From: a phage
Reading direction: 5' to 3' (one strand)
Length of the DNA stretch: 46,713 bases
Sequence record: PZ379183.1
Notes under the pieces: generated by a model
Databases searched by the model: none
What the model was told of the DNA's origin: nothing
Seen by the model: the letters and a program-made list of their open reading frames with translations, nothing else
Shown: piece after piece, positions 1-7,433 of the stretch
Layout: each line of letters begins with the position of its first letter
Numbering within the stretch: the stretch's first letter is position 1
Position numbers and translations under genes: made by a program

Positions 1-40
1 TTTCATCTTAACGAAGAGCAACCAATCAGGAGTAACGAAT

Positions 41-562
41 ATGTCAGAACATAAAGAAGCAGTAAGTTTGGGTGAAATCATTCGATACATGGCGAGTCAG
101 GCGCTCAAGTCAGAAGACAAAGTGTGCACAGTCCCTGTGACCATGATTGCTCGTCAATACTTCGGCATGAGTCGTGAGACGTTCGTATCGCTAAGTGGTG
201 AGGAGTTTCTACCTGGTGGTGAATACCACATGCCAAAACTAAAAGCGTCATACGTTTCAAACACCGTAAGCCGAATGCCTGAGATTAAGGCGGCTGACGT
301 GCGCTCAAGGTTCTCACTTAGTTTTACCGACTTTGAGGGCGAGAGTGAGACATACTGCGCATCACTTAGCCTGGTTCCTGGCGCTGTAAAATCCGGCTCA
401 AGAAGCAAAGCAGAGCAAGAGAAGGAGGGGGCTACCATTGAAAGGTTCAAGGCTCGATTGTTGAAACTATCACCAAGCGTCGCTGGTCTTGAAGGTGATG
501 AACTTAAGGGTGCAGTATCAATGATTAACGCATACCAAGAAATGATTAAGGAGACTAAATAG
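41..562 (+). CDS. hypothetical protein (173 aa)
   Basis: Long ORF with GGAG-type RBS a few nt upstream; no recognisable motifs. Confidence 0.5.
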   Translation: MSEHKEAVSLGEIIRYMASQALKSEDKVCTVPVTMIARQYFGMSRETFVSLSGEEFLPGGEYHMPKLKASYVSNTVSRMPEIKAADVRSRFSLSFTDFEGESETYCASLSLVPGAVKSGSRSKAEQEKEGATIERFKARLLKLSPSVAGLEGDELKGAVSMINAYQEMIKETK

Positions 563-564
563 TG

Positions 565-588
565 GGTATGGTAGTCTACTACCATACC
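565..588. repeat. 24-bp near-perfect palindrome (GGTATGGTAGT-CT-ACTACCATACC)
   Basis: Inverted repeat arms of 11 nt read directly from sequence just after the stop of ORF 41..562; no T-tract follows. Confidence 0.6.
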
Positions 589-670
589 ATCCGCGGTACA
601 GTGAGGATGAGGATGAGGTTGGGGTGGCTATGGATTTATATCGGAAAGCTAAATTACTACTGAATGGAAA

Positions 671-687
671 TAGCACTTTTTGCCTAA
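671..687 (+). promoter_or_regulatory. TAGCAC-N5-GCTAA motif copy (variant TAGCACTTTTTGCCTAA)
   Basis: Motif followed by CATAAT-like element and CATCGAAACGA leader before ATG at 751. Confidence 0.5.
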
Positions 688-750
688 CGCAATAATGCCA
701 TGGATGGCATAATTATCTCATCGAAACGAGAGGCACAAAGGAAAACGAAA

Positions 751-939
751 ATGGCTAAGCGCATCACTAAAGAACTTAAAGTCCTGAATAAAGAAAACGT
801 AATCACCATCCTGACAATGTTCGGATACAACGAAGAGTCAGCGATTGCAAAGGTTGAGGCTGGTTACGATGTTGCAGTACGTAGTATGCCGGAAGCAACC
901 TCAAAAGGTATCGCCGACTTCCTGGCTACCTGCTACTGA
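751..939 (+). CDS. hypothetical small protein
   Basis: ORF track 700..939, start moved to internal ATG preceded by AAGGAAAACGAAA RBS-like leader. Confidence 0.4.
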   Translation: MAKRITKELKVLNKENVITILTMFGYNEESAIAKVEAGYDVAVRSMPEATSKGIADFLATCY

Positions 940-994
940 GTTATCTTACAAGGCATCTCGCGGGGTGCCTCAATAAGACAACTGGAGAAACAGC

Positions 995-1180
995 ATGAAA
1001 ACTAAAATGGTACATAAGAGCGAAGTTAAGATTGGCGATACTGTTATCCATCGTGGCTATCTTAGAACTGTAAATGCCAACACTTTTAGTAAGGATGAGT
1101 TTATGGGACTACTTCTTTGGGGCGACTCCTACCGGCTTGGGCAGGAGATGGTTGAAGTCATAATTGATGTTAAGTTTTGA
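995..1180 (+). CDS. hypothetical small protein (61 aa)
   Basis: ORF with GGAG RBS; stop immediately followed by TAGCAC motif. Confidence 0.4.
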   Translation: MKTKMVHKSEVKIGDTVIHRGYLRTVNANTFSKDEFMGLLLWGDSYRLGQEMVEVIIDVKF

Positions 1181-1182
1181 AT

Positions 1183-1198
1183 AGCACGAATTGCTAAA
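1183..1198 (+). promoter_or_regulatory. TAGCAC-N5-GCTAA motif copy (TAGCACGAATTGCTAA)
   Basis: Exact consensus copy directly after stop of 995..1180, followed by TATAGT-like element. Confidence 0.5.
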
Positions 1199-1253
1199 CC
1201 TTCCGCAAGGCCATTTGATATAGTGGCCTTATTGAAGCAAAGCAAAAGAGGAT

Positions 1254-1487
1254 GTGATGGAAAGGAGCAAATATGAAAGAGAGATTATCGGGCTTAATGG
1301 CGAGCGTGCTATTGTTGATGTGTATCGCACGCTATCAGCGTTCAACGTTACAGACCCGGCGTGTCAGCATGCAATTAAAAAGCTTCTATGCATGGGTTTG
1401 CGAGGCCACAAGGACGTAATTACTGACCTTGATGACGCAATAGACTCACTGAACAAGATGAAAACTTACCTGGAACAAACGAAATGA
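1254..1487 (+). CDS. hypothetical protein (77 aa)
   Basis: ORF with AAAGGAG RBS. Confidence 0.5.
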   Translation: MMERSKYEREIIGLNGERAIVDVYRTLSAFNVTDPACQHAIKKLLCMGLRGHKDVITDLDDAIDSLNKMKTYLEQTK

Positions 1488-1717
1488 TTACAATTAACCT
1501 GTCAGAGAAAGATGCAGCAATCCTTAAATCGATCATAATGAAGCCGATGTACTCTACGCTCACCTTTGAGCAGATGCGTGTCGTAAAAGAGACTAGCGCG
1601 CAAATCAACAATCAGCAGTTCGACGTATCAGACTTCGAGTCATCTCGCCAGTACGAAGCTCTAAGCATCCAGAATGCTGGCTACCTCACTAACTGGGATA
1701 AGGCGACAAAGAAATGA
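1484..1717 (+). CDS. hypothetical protein (77 aa)
   Basis: ATGA start/stop overlap with upstream ORF (translational coupling). Confidence 0.5.
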   Translation: MITINLSEKDAAILKSIIMKPMYSTLTFEQMRVVKETSAQINNQQFDVSDFESSRQYEALSIQNAGYLTNWDKATKK

Positions 1718-1866
1718 TTTATTACGTTCACACATACTATACGGGAAAATTCAACAGCGTTAAGCATATTCGGGCTTATGAGTGTTACGAAGATGCAAAA
1801 TCTCAGCTGGACGTTCTTGGAGGGGGTGTTGAGTGTTATGTTCTTCGTGATGAAATCGGTGAATAG
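1714..1866 (+). CDS. hypothetical small protein (~50 aa)
   Basis: ATGA overlap with upstream ORF; stop TAG is the first triplet of the next TAGCAT motif. Confidence 0.35.
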   Translation: MIYYVHTYYTGKFNSVKHIRAYECYEDAKSQLDVLGGGVECYVLRDEIGE

Positions 1867-1879
1867 CATGAATTGCTAA
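1864..1879 (+). promoter_or_regulatory. TAGCAC-N5-GCTAA motif copy (TAGCATGAATTGCTAA) plus ~60-bp conserved leader
   Basis: Motif followed by CCGGAGAAATCCGG hairpin and CATAAT; near-identical 60-bp copy at 40758-40820. Confidence 0.5.
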
Positions 1880-1937
1880 ACAATTGCCGGAGAAATCCGG
1901 CATAATTACCACATCGACAACGAGATGGAGTATAGAT

Positions 1938-2150
1938 ATGAAAATTAAAATTATCGACGTGAACTACATACCAGAAGAAGGCGTTCTGACACTTGAAGAA
2001 TGCGGGTTTAAGGTTGGTGACGTATTAGAAGTAACCGGTCGGTTCGGGTGTGGTAGCTTATCAGCTCGAGCGATTCGTGATACTGAGTTAGTATCAATAG
2101 GACAGATGGTTAGTTTTGAAGAAGGCGAGTACAAGGTGGTCGAAGAATGA
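1938..2150 (+). CDS. hypothetical protein (70 aa)
   Basis: ORF track 1884..2150; start placed at internal ATG with GGAG RBS because 5' part overlaps conserved leader. Confidence 0.45.
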   Translation: MKIKIIDVNYIPEEGVLTLEECGFKVGDVLEVTGRFGCGSLSARAIRDTELVSIGQMVSFEEGEYKVVEE

Positions 2151-2326
2151 AATTACAGCAAAGTAACCCTAAGCTCCAGGCTAACAACTTCGATGGTTAC
2201 ACAACATTTATCATCGCCCAGGCTTTCGGTTTGCATGATGAACCTAAGGTTCATACTATCCACTTAAATGAAGAGCAAGCTCGAGAACTGGCTTTCGAGA
2301 TTCTTGATCAATTGAATAAAATTTAA
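2147..2326 (+). CDS. hypothetical small protein (59 aa)
   Basis: ATGA overlap with upstream ORF; uninterrupted frame read manually. Confidence 0.35.
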   Translation: MKLQQSNPKLQANNFDGYTTFIIAQAFGLHDEPKVHTIHLNEEQARELAFEILDQLNKI

Positions 2327-2336
2327 GGTTTATAAA

Positions 2337-2759
2337 ATGAAATTAAGCAAATCTCAAAGGGAAGAGTTGAAGGGCAAGTTCGGTGGTCGCTGCGCTTATT
2401 GTGGGTGTGAACTACCTGAGAAAGGCTGGCATGCTGACCATGTTGAACCGGTGCTACGTAAATCTGAGGTATGCATGAAGTCAGCGGAGAAAGGAACTTT
2501 CAAGCTGAAGGCGACAGGTGAGTTTAATCGACCACAAGCTGATCGAATGGAAAACCTTTACCCTGCATGTGCTCCATGCAACCTCATGAAAACTTGCTAT
2601 TCCCTTGAAATGTTCAGGGAACAGGTGTCTCTTCAAGTCGCTCGCGGGCGTAAGAGCAGCATGAATTTTCGCACGGCAGAGCGGTTCGGCCTCATCTCCA
2701 TAGTTGAGGATCCAGTTGTTTTCTGGTTTGAGAAGTTTGAGCAAATTAACAAAATCTGA
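2337..2759 (+). CDS. HNH-family endonuclease
   Basis: Cys pairs CAYCGC and CAPCN flanking H-x-D-H-V-E-P and conserved Asn, typical HNH zinc-finger nuclease signature. Confidence 0.6.
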   Translation: MKLSKSQREELKGKFGGRCAYCGCELPEKGWHADHVEPVLRKSEVCMKSAEKGTFKLKATGEFNRPQADRMENLYPACAPCNLMKTCYSLEMFREQVSLQVARGRKSSMNFRTAERFGLISIVEDPVVFWFEKFEQINKI

Positions 2760-2769
2760 GGATAGAGAA

Positions 2770-2904
2770 ATGCATACTGGGTTAGTGATGGGTGAAGTTC
2801 TGGTTGAAGCATTGCCATGGTTACTCTGGTCATTGGGCTTCATGATTATTTACATGATTTCAGCAGCCGTAGATGACGCTAAAAGCGATCCTAACGAACA
2901 ATAA
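2770..2904 (+). CDS. small hydrophobic (membrane) protein
   Basis: Internal ATG of ORF 2704..2904 with GGATAGAGAA RBS; translation dominated by one hydrophobic stretch. Confidence 0.3.
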   Translation: MHTGLVMGEVLVEALPWLLWSLGFMIIYMISAAVDDAKSDPNEQ

Positions 2905-2922
2905 TTTAAAAGAGGTGATTAC

Positions 2923-3084
2923 ATGATTAAGATCGTATTCATTGGTGAGGATGATTATATGGCTTGTTTGAAGCATGGTGACGTATTCTATGCAGAGCCT
3001 AGCGAAGATGGCAATGGGTACTTCATTAAAAACAAGCACGATGAGGAGCTTTACATAGCAAACCACGAGGCTCTTGTTTACTAA
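2923..3084 (+). CDS. hypothetical small protein (53 aa)
   Basis: GAGGTG RBS then ATG; stop overlaps next ATG. Confidence 0.35.
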   Translation: MIKIVFIGEDDYMACLKHGDVFYAEPSEDGNGYFIKNKHDEELYIANHEALVY

Positions 3085-3224
3085 TGGATAACTACGAAAC
3101 ACCAAGCCAGTGGGCTAAACGGATGATGGATGAGGCTAAGACTGGCGAGGTTGCCATGATGTACTTCGAGCTAATGAATCTATGGAAAGAGCGTGAAGAT
3201 AAAATGGATAGCACGAATTGCTAA
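3084..3224 (+). CDS. hypothetical small protein ending in -DSTNC
   Basis: Frame checked manually; last codons are encoded by the TAGCACGAATTGCTAA motif itself. Confidence 0.35.
   Translation: MDNYETPSQWAKRMMDEAKTGEVAMMYFELMNLWKEREDKMDSTNC
3209..3224 (+). promoter_or_regulatory. TAGCAC-N5-GCTAA motif copy
   Basis: Exact consensus copy, followed by CCATATAAT and CATCAAACAACGAAGAG leader before ATG 3284. Confidence 0.5.
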
Positions 3225-3283
3225 ACATGACAGGCATGGATGCCATATAATTAACCCATCAAACAACGAAGAGAGATAGAGAT

Positions 3284-3421
3284 ATGAAACGAATGAGATG
3301 GTTCCCTTACGAATTTGAATTCATTGATGACTTGATTTACTTCCACGAAAAACAAGGTACCGAATTCATTTGCGATGGTGATAATCGCGAAGTCTCATGG
3401 ATGCAGGAGGATGATGAATAA
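3284..3421 (+). CDS. hypothetical small protein (45 aa)
   Basis: ATG after GAGAGATAGAGAT leader; stop overlaps next ATG. Confidence 0.35.
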   Translation: MKRMRWFPYEFEFIDDLIYFHEKQGTEFICDGDNREVSWMQEDDE

Positions 3422-3657
3422 TGTTCGGATTAAACGACGCATACTTTAACGCAGTCAAGCGCCAGGCTGATAAGCTGAATGAAGAGTACGGCAAACTTGG
3501 CGCAAAGAAGAAAGATGATAAGGTAGTGGCAGCGCTGATTACTCAAGTGTGGGGGCCGGTTTCGACACTAATTGCTCGAGACAAATTTGTGTGGATTGCT
3601 GGTTATAGAAAATGTCGCGTAGGCCATGATCAGAATGGGAATAGCCTTTATGAATAA
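3421..3657 (+). CDS. hypothetical protein (78 aa)
   Basis: ORF with GGAGGATGATGAATAATG context. Confidence 0.45.
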   Translation: MFGLNDAYFNAVKRQADKLNEEYGKLGAKKKDDKVVAALITQVWGPVSTLIARDKFVWIAGYRKCRVGHDQNGNSLYE

Positions 3658-3841
3658 TAAAGAAATCAATCACAAGCATCGCTACGTTTACGTGTTCACA
3701 TCAAATATTAACGATTTTGACATTAAAGCGCTAAACGACAAGTACCATGAGTCAACAAAACAAAGTCTATTTGTTGGTGAAAGCTGTTCATTCTACGAGT
3801 GCAAAGATTGTGGCAAGATGCTTATAACTGAGGAGTTTTGA
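3650..3841 (+). CDS. hypothetical small protein with C-x-x-C pair
   Basis: Internal ATG of ORF 3626..3841 overlapping upstream stop; CKDCGK motif near C-terminus. Confidence 0.4.
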   Translation: MNNKEINHKHRYVYVFTSNINDFDIKALNDKYHESTKQSLFVGESCSFYECKDCGKMLITEEF

Positions 3842-4038
3842 TGAATAAAATTATTAAGAAAGGCGATGCTATCAAGTGCACAAAGGCGGTATCTGATGAC
3901 TTCATGGATGGATGCGATTACCAGGTCGAAAAGGTATCGAAGACTGGCCACGTATTCTGCTACAGCGATAATGGCGAATTGGTGAGCATTGACTACCCGT
4001 ATGACCAGAATTATGGGAAATTCGAAAGAGTAAGTTGA
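3838..4038 (+). CDS. hypothetical protein (66 aa)
   Basis: ATGA overlap with upstream ORF. Confidence 0.45.
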   Translation: MMNKIIKKGDAIKCTKAVSDDFMDGCDYQVEKVSKTGHVFCYSDNGELVSIDYPYDQNYGKFERVS

Positions 4039-4226
4039 CACATCTAACCCTGACTGGTACATTAACAACTGTAGACAGACGAGGCCACCAAGTGGCAACG
4101 GCGCACGGAGCGCAACACAAAGTCCATAGCTCACTAAGCAGCGTATATGGCGAAATCGGTCGAGAAACTCGACGCTGGAAGCGTAACCAGCAATCCTTCA
4201 ATAGCGCAATCGCTACTCAAGGATTT

Positions 4227-4299
4227 GTTCTGCTGGCGTAACAGGATAACGCAAAGACCTCCTAAGTCTTAGTTACTGGTTCGAGTCCAGTGCGGAACA
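4227..4299 (+). tRNA. tRNA-Arg (anticodon CCU)
   Basis: Manual cloverleaf fold: 7-bp acceptor stem GTTCTGC/GCGGAAC (one G-U), U8, D-stem GCGT/ACGC with GG in D-loop, anticodon stem AAGAC/GTCTT, loop CUCCUAA (U33, anticodon CCU, A37), T-arm ACTGG-TTCGAGT-CCAGT, discriminator A followed by encoded CCA. Confidence 0.85.
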
Positions 4300-4333
4300 C
4301 CAAATTAAGAAACCAATAATCCTGGGGGATTAA

Positions 4334-4546
4334 ATGAAAAAAGTAACAATCATCGTAAAAGATATTGAAAGCGGCACTTCCCAAAAATTCAACGCAACAC
4401 TTGACCGTGAACATAAATGCTTAAAGGGTGTGATTGGCGGGGTTTCAGTTAGCGCGGATATTAAAGGCTATCTCGAGCTTGAAAGAGAAACTCAAAACTA
4501 TAGCAATCAGAGCGGGAAGATAAAAAATGCAGCTCTGGGATGTTAA
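4334..4546 (+). CDS. hypothetical protein (70 aa)
   Basis: ORF with GGGGGATTAAATG RBS directly after the tRNA. Confidence 0.45.
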   Translation: MKKVTIIVKDIESGTSQKFNATLDREHKCLKGVIGGVSVSADIKGYLELERETQNYSNQSGKIKNAALGC

Positions 4547-4715
4547 GCTTTCAATCCGATTAATGGGTCGTAGTTGCAAAAGTTGCACTCAAGAATTTAT
4601 CGCGTCGGTTACTGCTAAGTCCTCAGAGGAAGCAGTAGCGAAAGTTAAGGTAATGTCTGGTGCCGACCCGGATTACCACAAATTCCTAGTAGCTTACGTT
4701 CGTGAGCGAAAGTAA
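4527..4715 (+). CDS. hypothetical protein (62 aa)
   Basis: ORF overlapping the end of the previous one; start uncertain. Confidence 0.3.
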   Translation: MQLWDVKLSIRLMGRSCKSCTQEFIASVTAKSSEEAVAKVKVMSGADPDYHKFLVAYVRERK

Positions 4716-4768
4716 AAGAAGTTCTACTCTCTGTTTGTTTCATATCTCTCGTTGTTGTTCGATACTTC

Positions 4769-4792
4769 GCCCTCTTCTTGAGGGCTTTTTTT
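4769..4792 (+). terminator. rho-independent terminator
   Basis: GCCCTC-TTCTT-GAGGGC hairpin followed by T7 tract. Confidence 0.7.
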
Positions 4793-4839
4793 CGTTTGCT
4801 ATATGATATAATGCATCTCTAAACAAAGGAGGTAACAAA

Positions 4840-5364
4840 ATGAAAGACGAAAACTTCACCAGTCAGGCGCAAGAAAAGGTCCGCTCTGGCAACTTTAAAG
4901 CCATGTACAATAAAAAGTACTCAGACATTACAACGCTAGCCAAAAACCGAAGCATGACACCCGAACAGCTATTTGAATTCGCCGTGAAATACTTCTCATG
5001 GGCTGAGAACCAGGCAATCAAGGCAATCGAGACAGCCAGCTTCCAGGGTGTGGTAAAAGAGAGCCTGGTGCACAAACCACGAGTCTTCACGCTAACCGGA
5101 TTCTGCCTTTACTGCGGTGTCACCCATAGCGCCATCGAGAAATGGAGGAAGTCGGCTGGTTATGATGAGGTGATTGCGTTCATTGATTCCGTGATTCGCG
5201 AGCAGAAATACCAGCTTGCAGCATCTGGCATCATTAACCCTGGCATGATTTCCAAAGAGCTTGGAATCGACAAGCCGCAGGAGATTACCATCAGCAACAA
5301 CTCTTCAGCTAACGACGTCGATACGATGAAGGAAGCGCTGGAGTCTGTGATTAGTAAGCTGTAA
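4840..5364 (+). CDS. terminase small subunit (putative)
   Basis: AAGGAGG RBS; 174-aa ORF immediately upstream of the large terminase gene; assignment by position. Confidence 0.5.
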   Translation: MKDENFTSQAQEKVRSGNFKAMYNKKYSDITTLAKNRSMTPEQLFEFAVKYFSWAENQAIKAIETASFQGVVKESLVHKPRVFTLTGFCLYCGVTHSAIEKWRKSAGYDEVIAFIDSVIREQKYQLAASGIINPGMISKELGIDKPQEITISNNSSANDVDTMKEALESVISKL

Positions 5365-5380
5365 TAGTTTGGAGAGTAGG

Positions 5381-6952
5381 ATGAGTGAAACATTAGTATG
5401 GGAAGAAATGACGCCAGCAGAAAAGATGGCAGTTAAGGCTATATCCACTCATAGTTTCGAGGGATTCTTGCGGGTGTGGTTCCAACTTACCCAGGGCGAG
5501 CGATACATCCCTAACTGGCATCACAAATACCTGTGTCGAATCATTGACGAGATTATCGCTGGTGAGCGCAAGGACACAATCATTAACATCGCTCCAGGAA
5601 GTGGAAAAACAGAGATAGCTTCAATTCACTTCCCGGCCTACTCGATGGTTAAGCTAAAGAAGGTCAGGAACCTGAACATCTCGTTTGCCGACTCACTTGT
5701 TAAGCGTAACTCCAAGCGAGTTCGGGACCTGATTAAGTCTGTTGAGTTCCAGGAGTTATTCCCATGCAAGTTCGGTACGTGCAAGGATGATGAGCTTCAA
5801 GTTCTGGATGAGTCTGGTAAGGTTCGGTTTGAGTCAATATCTAAGGCTGCTGGAGGCCAAATAACCGGCGCAAGGGGTGGATATATAACGGATTCATATA
5901 GCGGAGCGGTTCTGTTAGATGATTTTGACAAACCAGCCGACATGCTTTCTGCTGTTTTTCGCGCTAACAATCACGTGATGCTAAAGAATACAATACGCTC
6001 TCGTAGGGCGAGCTCCGTAAAAGGAAAGGCGACGCCGATTATCTCTATCCAACAGCGCCTTCATGTGAATGATAGTACGTGGTTCATGATGAATGGCGGT
6101 ATGGGTATTAGCTTCGACTTGATTAAGATACCGGCGCTCGTAACTGAGGATTACGTCGACACGCTTCCTGACTGGATTAAGCGGCAATTCATTGATGACG
6201 TTCTATCAAGCGAATATATTGAGCGTGATGGTGTTAGGTACTATAGCTATTTCCCTGGCAAGGAATCTGTTCACGACCTAGTTGCAATGTGGGATTCTGA
6301 TAGCTATACATTCCTTAGCCAGTATCAGCAAGAACCAGTAGCACTTGGCGGCAACCTGATTAACGTAGACTGGCTTCAACGCATTAGCGACACTCTGCGA
6401 CCGCCAGCTAAGTACGATTACAGGTTTATGGTCCTTGATACTGCGATGACAACCAAAAGTTACAGCGACTTTAGCGTCATGCAGCTATGGGGTTATAAGG
6501 ATGGGAAGATTTATCTGCTTGACCAGCGGCGCGGTAAATTTGAAGCTCCTGAGCTCGAGGCTGAGTTATTGGATTTCGAGAAGATGGCTAGGGCATCCAA
6601 TCAGATAGATGGCATCCTTCGTAAAATCATCATCGAGAAGAAAGCCTCTGGTATTGGCCTGATTCAATCAGCCGGAAGGGTTATGCGAACGCCTATCGAG
6701 CCGTACGTTCCGGATAACGATAAGCTGACTCGCGTAATGAGTGCATTGCCGCAGATTAAAGCTGGTAACGTAATCCTTCCGGAGTCTGCTACTTGGCTTA
6801 ATGGCTTGCTAACGGAGATTGCGGCATTCACGGCAGATGATTCACATGTTCACGATGACCAGATAGACTGTTTGACAATGGCCGTAAACCTGGTACTGAA
6901 CATTGCAGAAGACCCTAAATCGAGGATGATGCGCCTCGCTGGCATCAAATAG
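5381..6952 (+). CDS. terminase large subunit
   Basis: ORF track 5369..6952; start at ATG after GGAGAG; Walker A-like GSGKTE near the N-terminus and C-terminal acidic nuclease-like region; position before portal. Confidence 0.85.
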   Translation: MSETLVWEEMTPAEKMAVKAISTHSFEGFLRVWFQLTQGERYIPNWHHKYLCRIIDEIIAGERKDTIINIAPGSGKTEIASIHFPAYSMVKLKKVRNLNISFADSLVKRNSKRVRDLIKSVEFQELFPCKFGTCKDDELQVLDESGKVRFESISKAAGGQITGARGGYITDSYSGAVLLDDFDKPADMLSAVFRANNHVMLKNTIRSRRASSVKGKATPIISIQQRLHVNDSTWFMMNGGMGISFDLIKIPALVTEDYVDTLPDWIKRQFIDDVLSSEYIERDGVRYYSYFPGKESVHDLVAMWDSDSYTFLSQYQQEPVALGGNLINVDWLQRISDTLRPPAKYDYRFMVLDTAMTTKSYSDFSVMQLWGYKDGKIYLLDQRRGKFEAPELEAELLDFEKMARASNQIDGILRKIIIEKKASGIGLIQSAGRVMRTPIEPYVPDNDKLTRVMSALPQIKAGNVILPESATWLNGLLTEIAAFTADDSHVHDDQIDCLTMAVNLVLNIAEDPKSRMMRLAGIK

Positions 6953-6965
6953 CACGTTTTGCTAA
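6950..6965 (+). promoter_or_regulatory. TAGCAC-N5-GCTAA motif copy (TAGCACGTTTTGCTAA)
   Basis: The TAG is the terminase stop codon; followed by GGATGGCTTATAGT and ACGAGAGGAG leader. Confidence 0.5.
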
Positions 6966-7021
6966 AGACGTGCCGCCAAGGATGGCTTATAGTTACTTCA
7001 CGCAAACGAGAGGAGTAAAAA

Positions 7022-7375
7022 ATGAAAGCAGTATTTAAAGGGTATAAAAAATATGGTTATTTTGAATTTACCGTTGGTAAGATTTATGACTTATCAAGAA
7101 CGTCTGAAAGTAATAATGAATACGTCAAAGTTAAGGATGATAAAGGCTATGTGGGCGTAATTAATCTTAGTGTTTATGATTTCGAAGTTATAGAGCCTAC
7201 CGATTTTGTCGTTAAAGGTGATAATTTTAAAGTTGAAAAGGCTGGGATTAAATACTTCATCAACAAAGACATAGTAACTAAAGAGGCATTTTATGAAGTC
7301 AGAAGGGAGGTTCGCCAGTTAACACTTAATGGAGTGAAAACATCATCAATCAAGTTCGAAGTAAAATTCGAGTAA
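7022..7375 (+). CDS. hypothetical Lys-rich protein (117 aa), moron-like insertion
   Basis: AT-rich ORF with its own upstream motif and downstream terminator, inserted between terminase and portal. Confidence 0.5.
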   Translation: MKAVFKGYKKYGYFEFTVGKIYDLSRTSESNNEYVKVKDDKGYVGVINLSVYDFEVIEPTDFVVKGDNFKVEKAGIKYFINKDIVTKEAFYEVRREVRQLTLNGVKTSSIKFEVKFE

Positions 7376-7397
7376 CCATAAAAGCTATGCTAAACTA

Positions 7398-7418
7398 AGC
7401 CCCTAAATGGGGCTTTTT
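7398..7418 (+). terminator. rho-independent terminator
   Basis: AGCCCC-TAAAT-GGGGCT hairpin followed by T5. Confidence 0.7.
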
Positions 7419-7433
7419 ATTGGAGCAAATAAA

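Noticed and set aside
1884-2150. Start codon at 1884 for the ORF ending at 2150
   Set aside because: The first 54 nt overlap the conserved non-coding leader and hairpin shared with 40758-40820; an internal ATG at 1938 with a GGAG RBS is the more plausible start.
4035-4241. ORF-track CDS of 68 aa
   Set aside because: Its 3' end overlaps the start of the well-supported tRNA-Arg and a degenerate motif copy; no RBS is evident, so it is more likely non-coding leader sequence.
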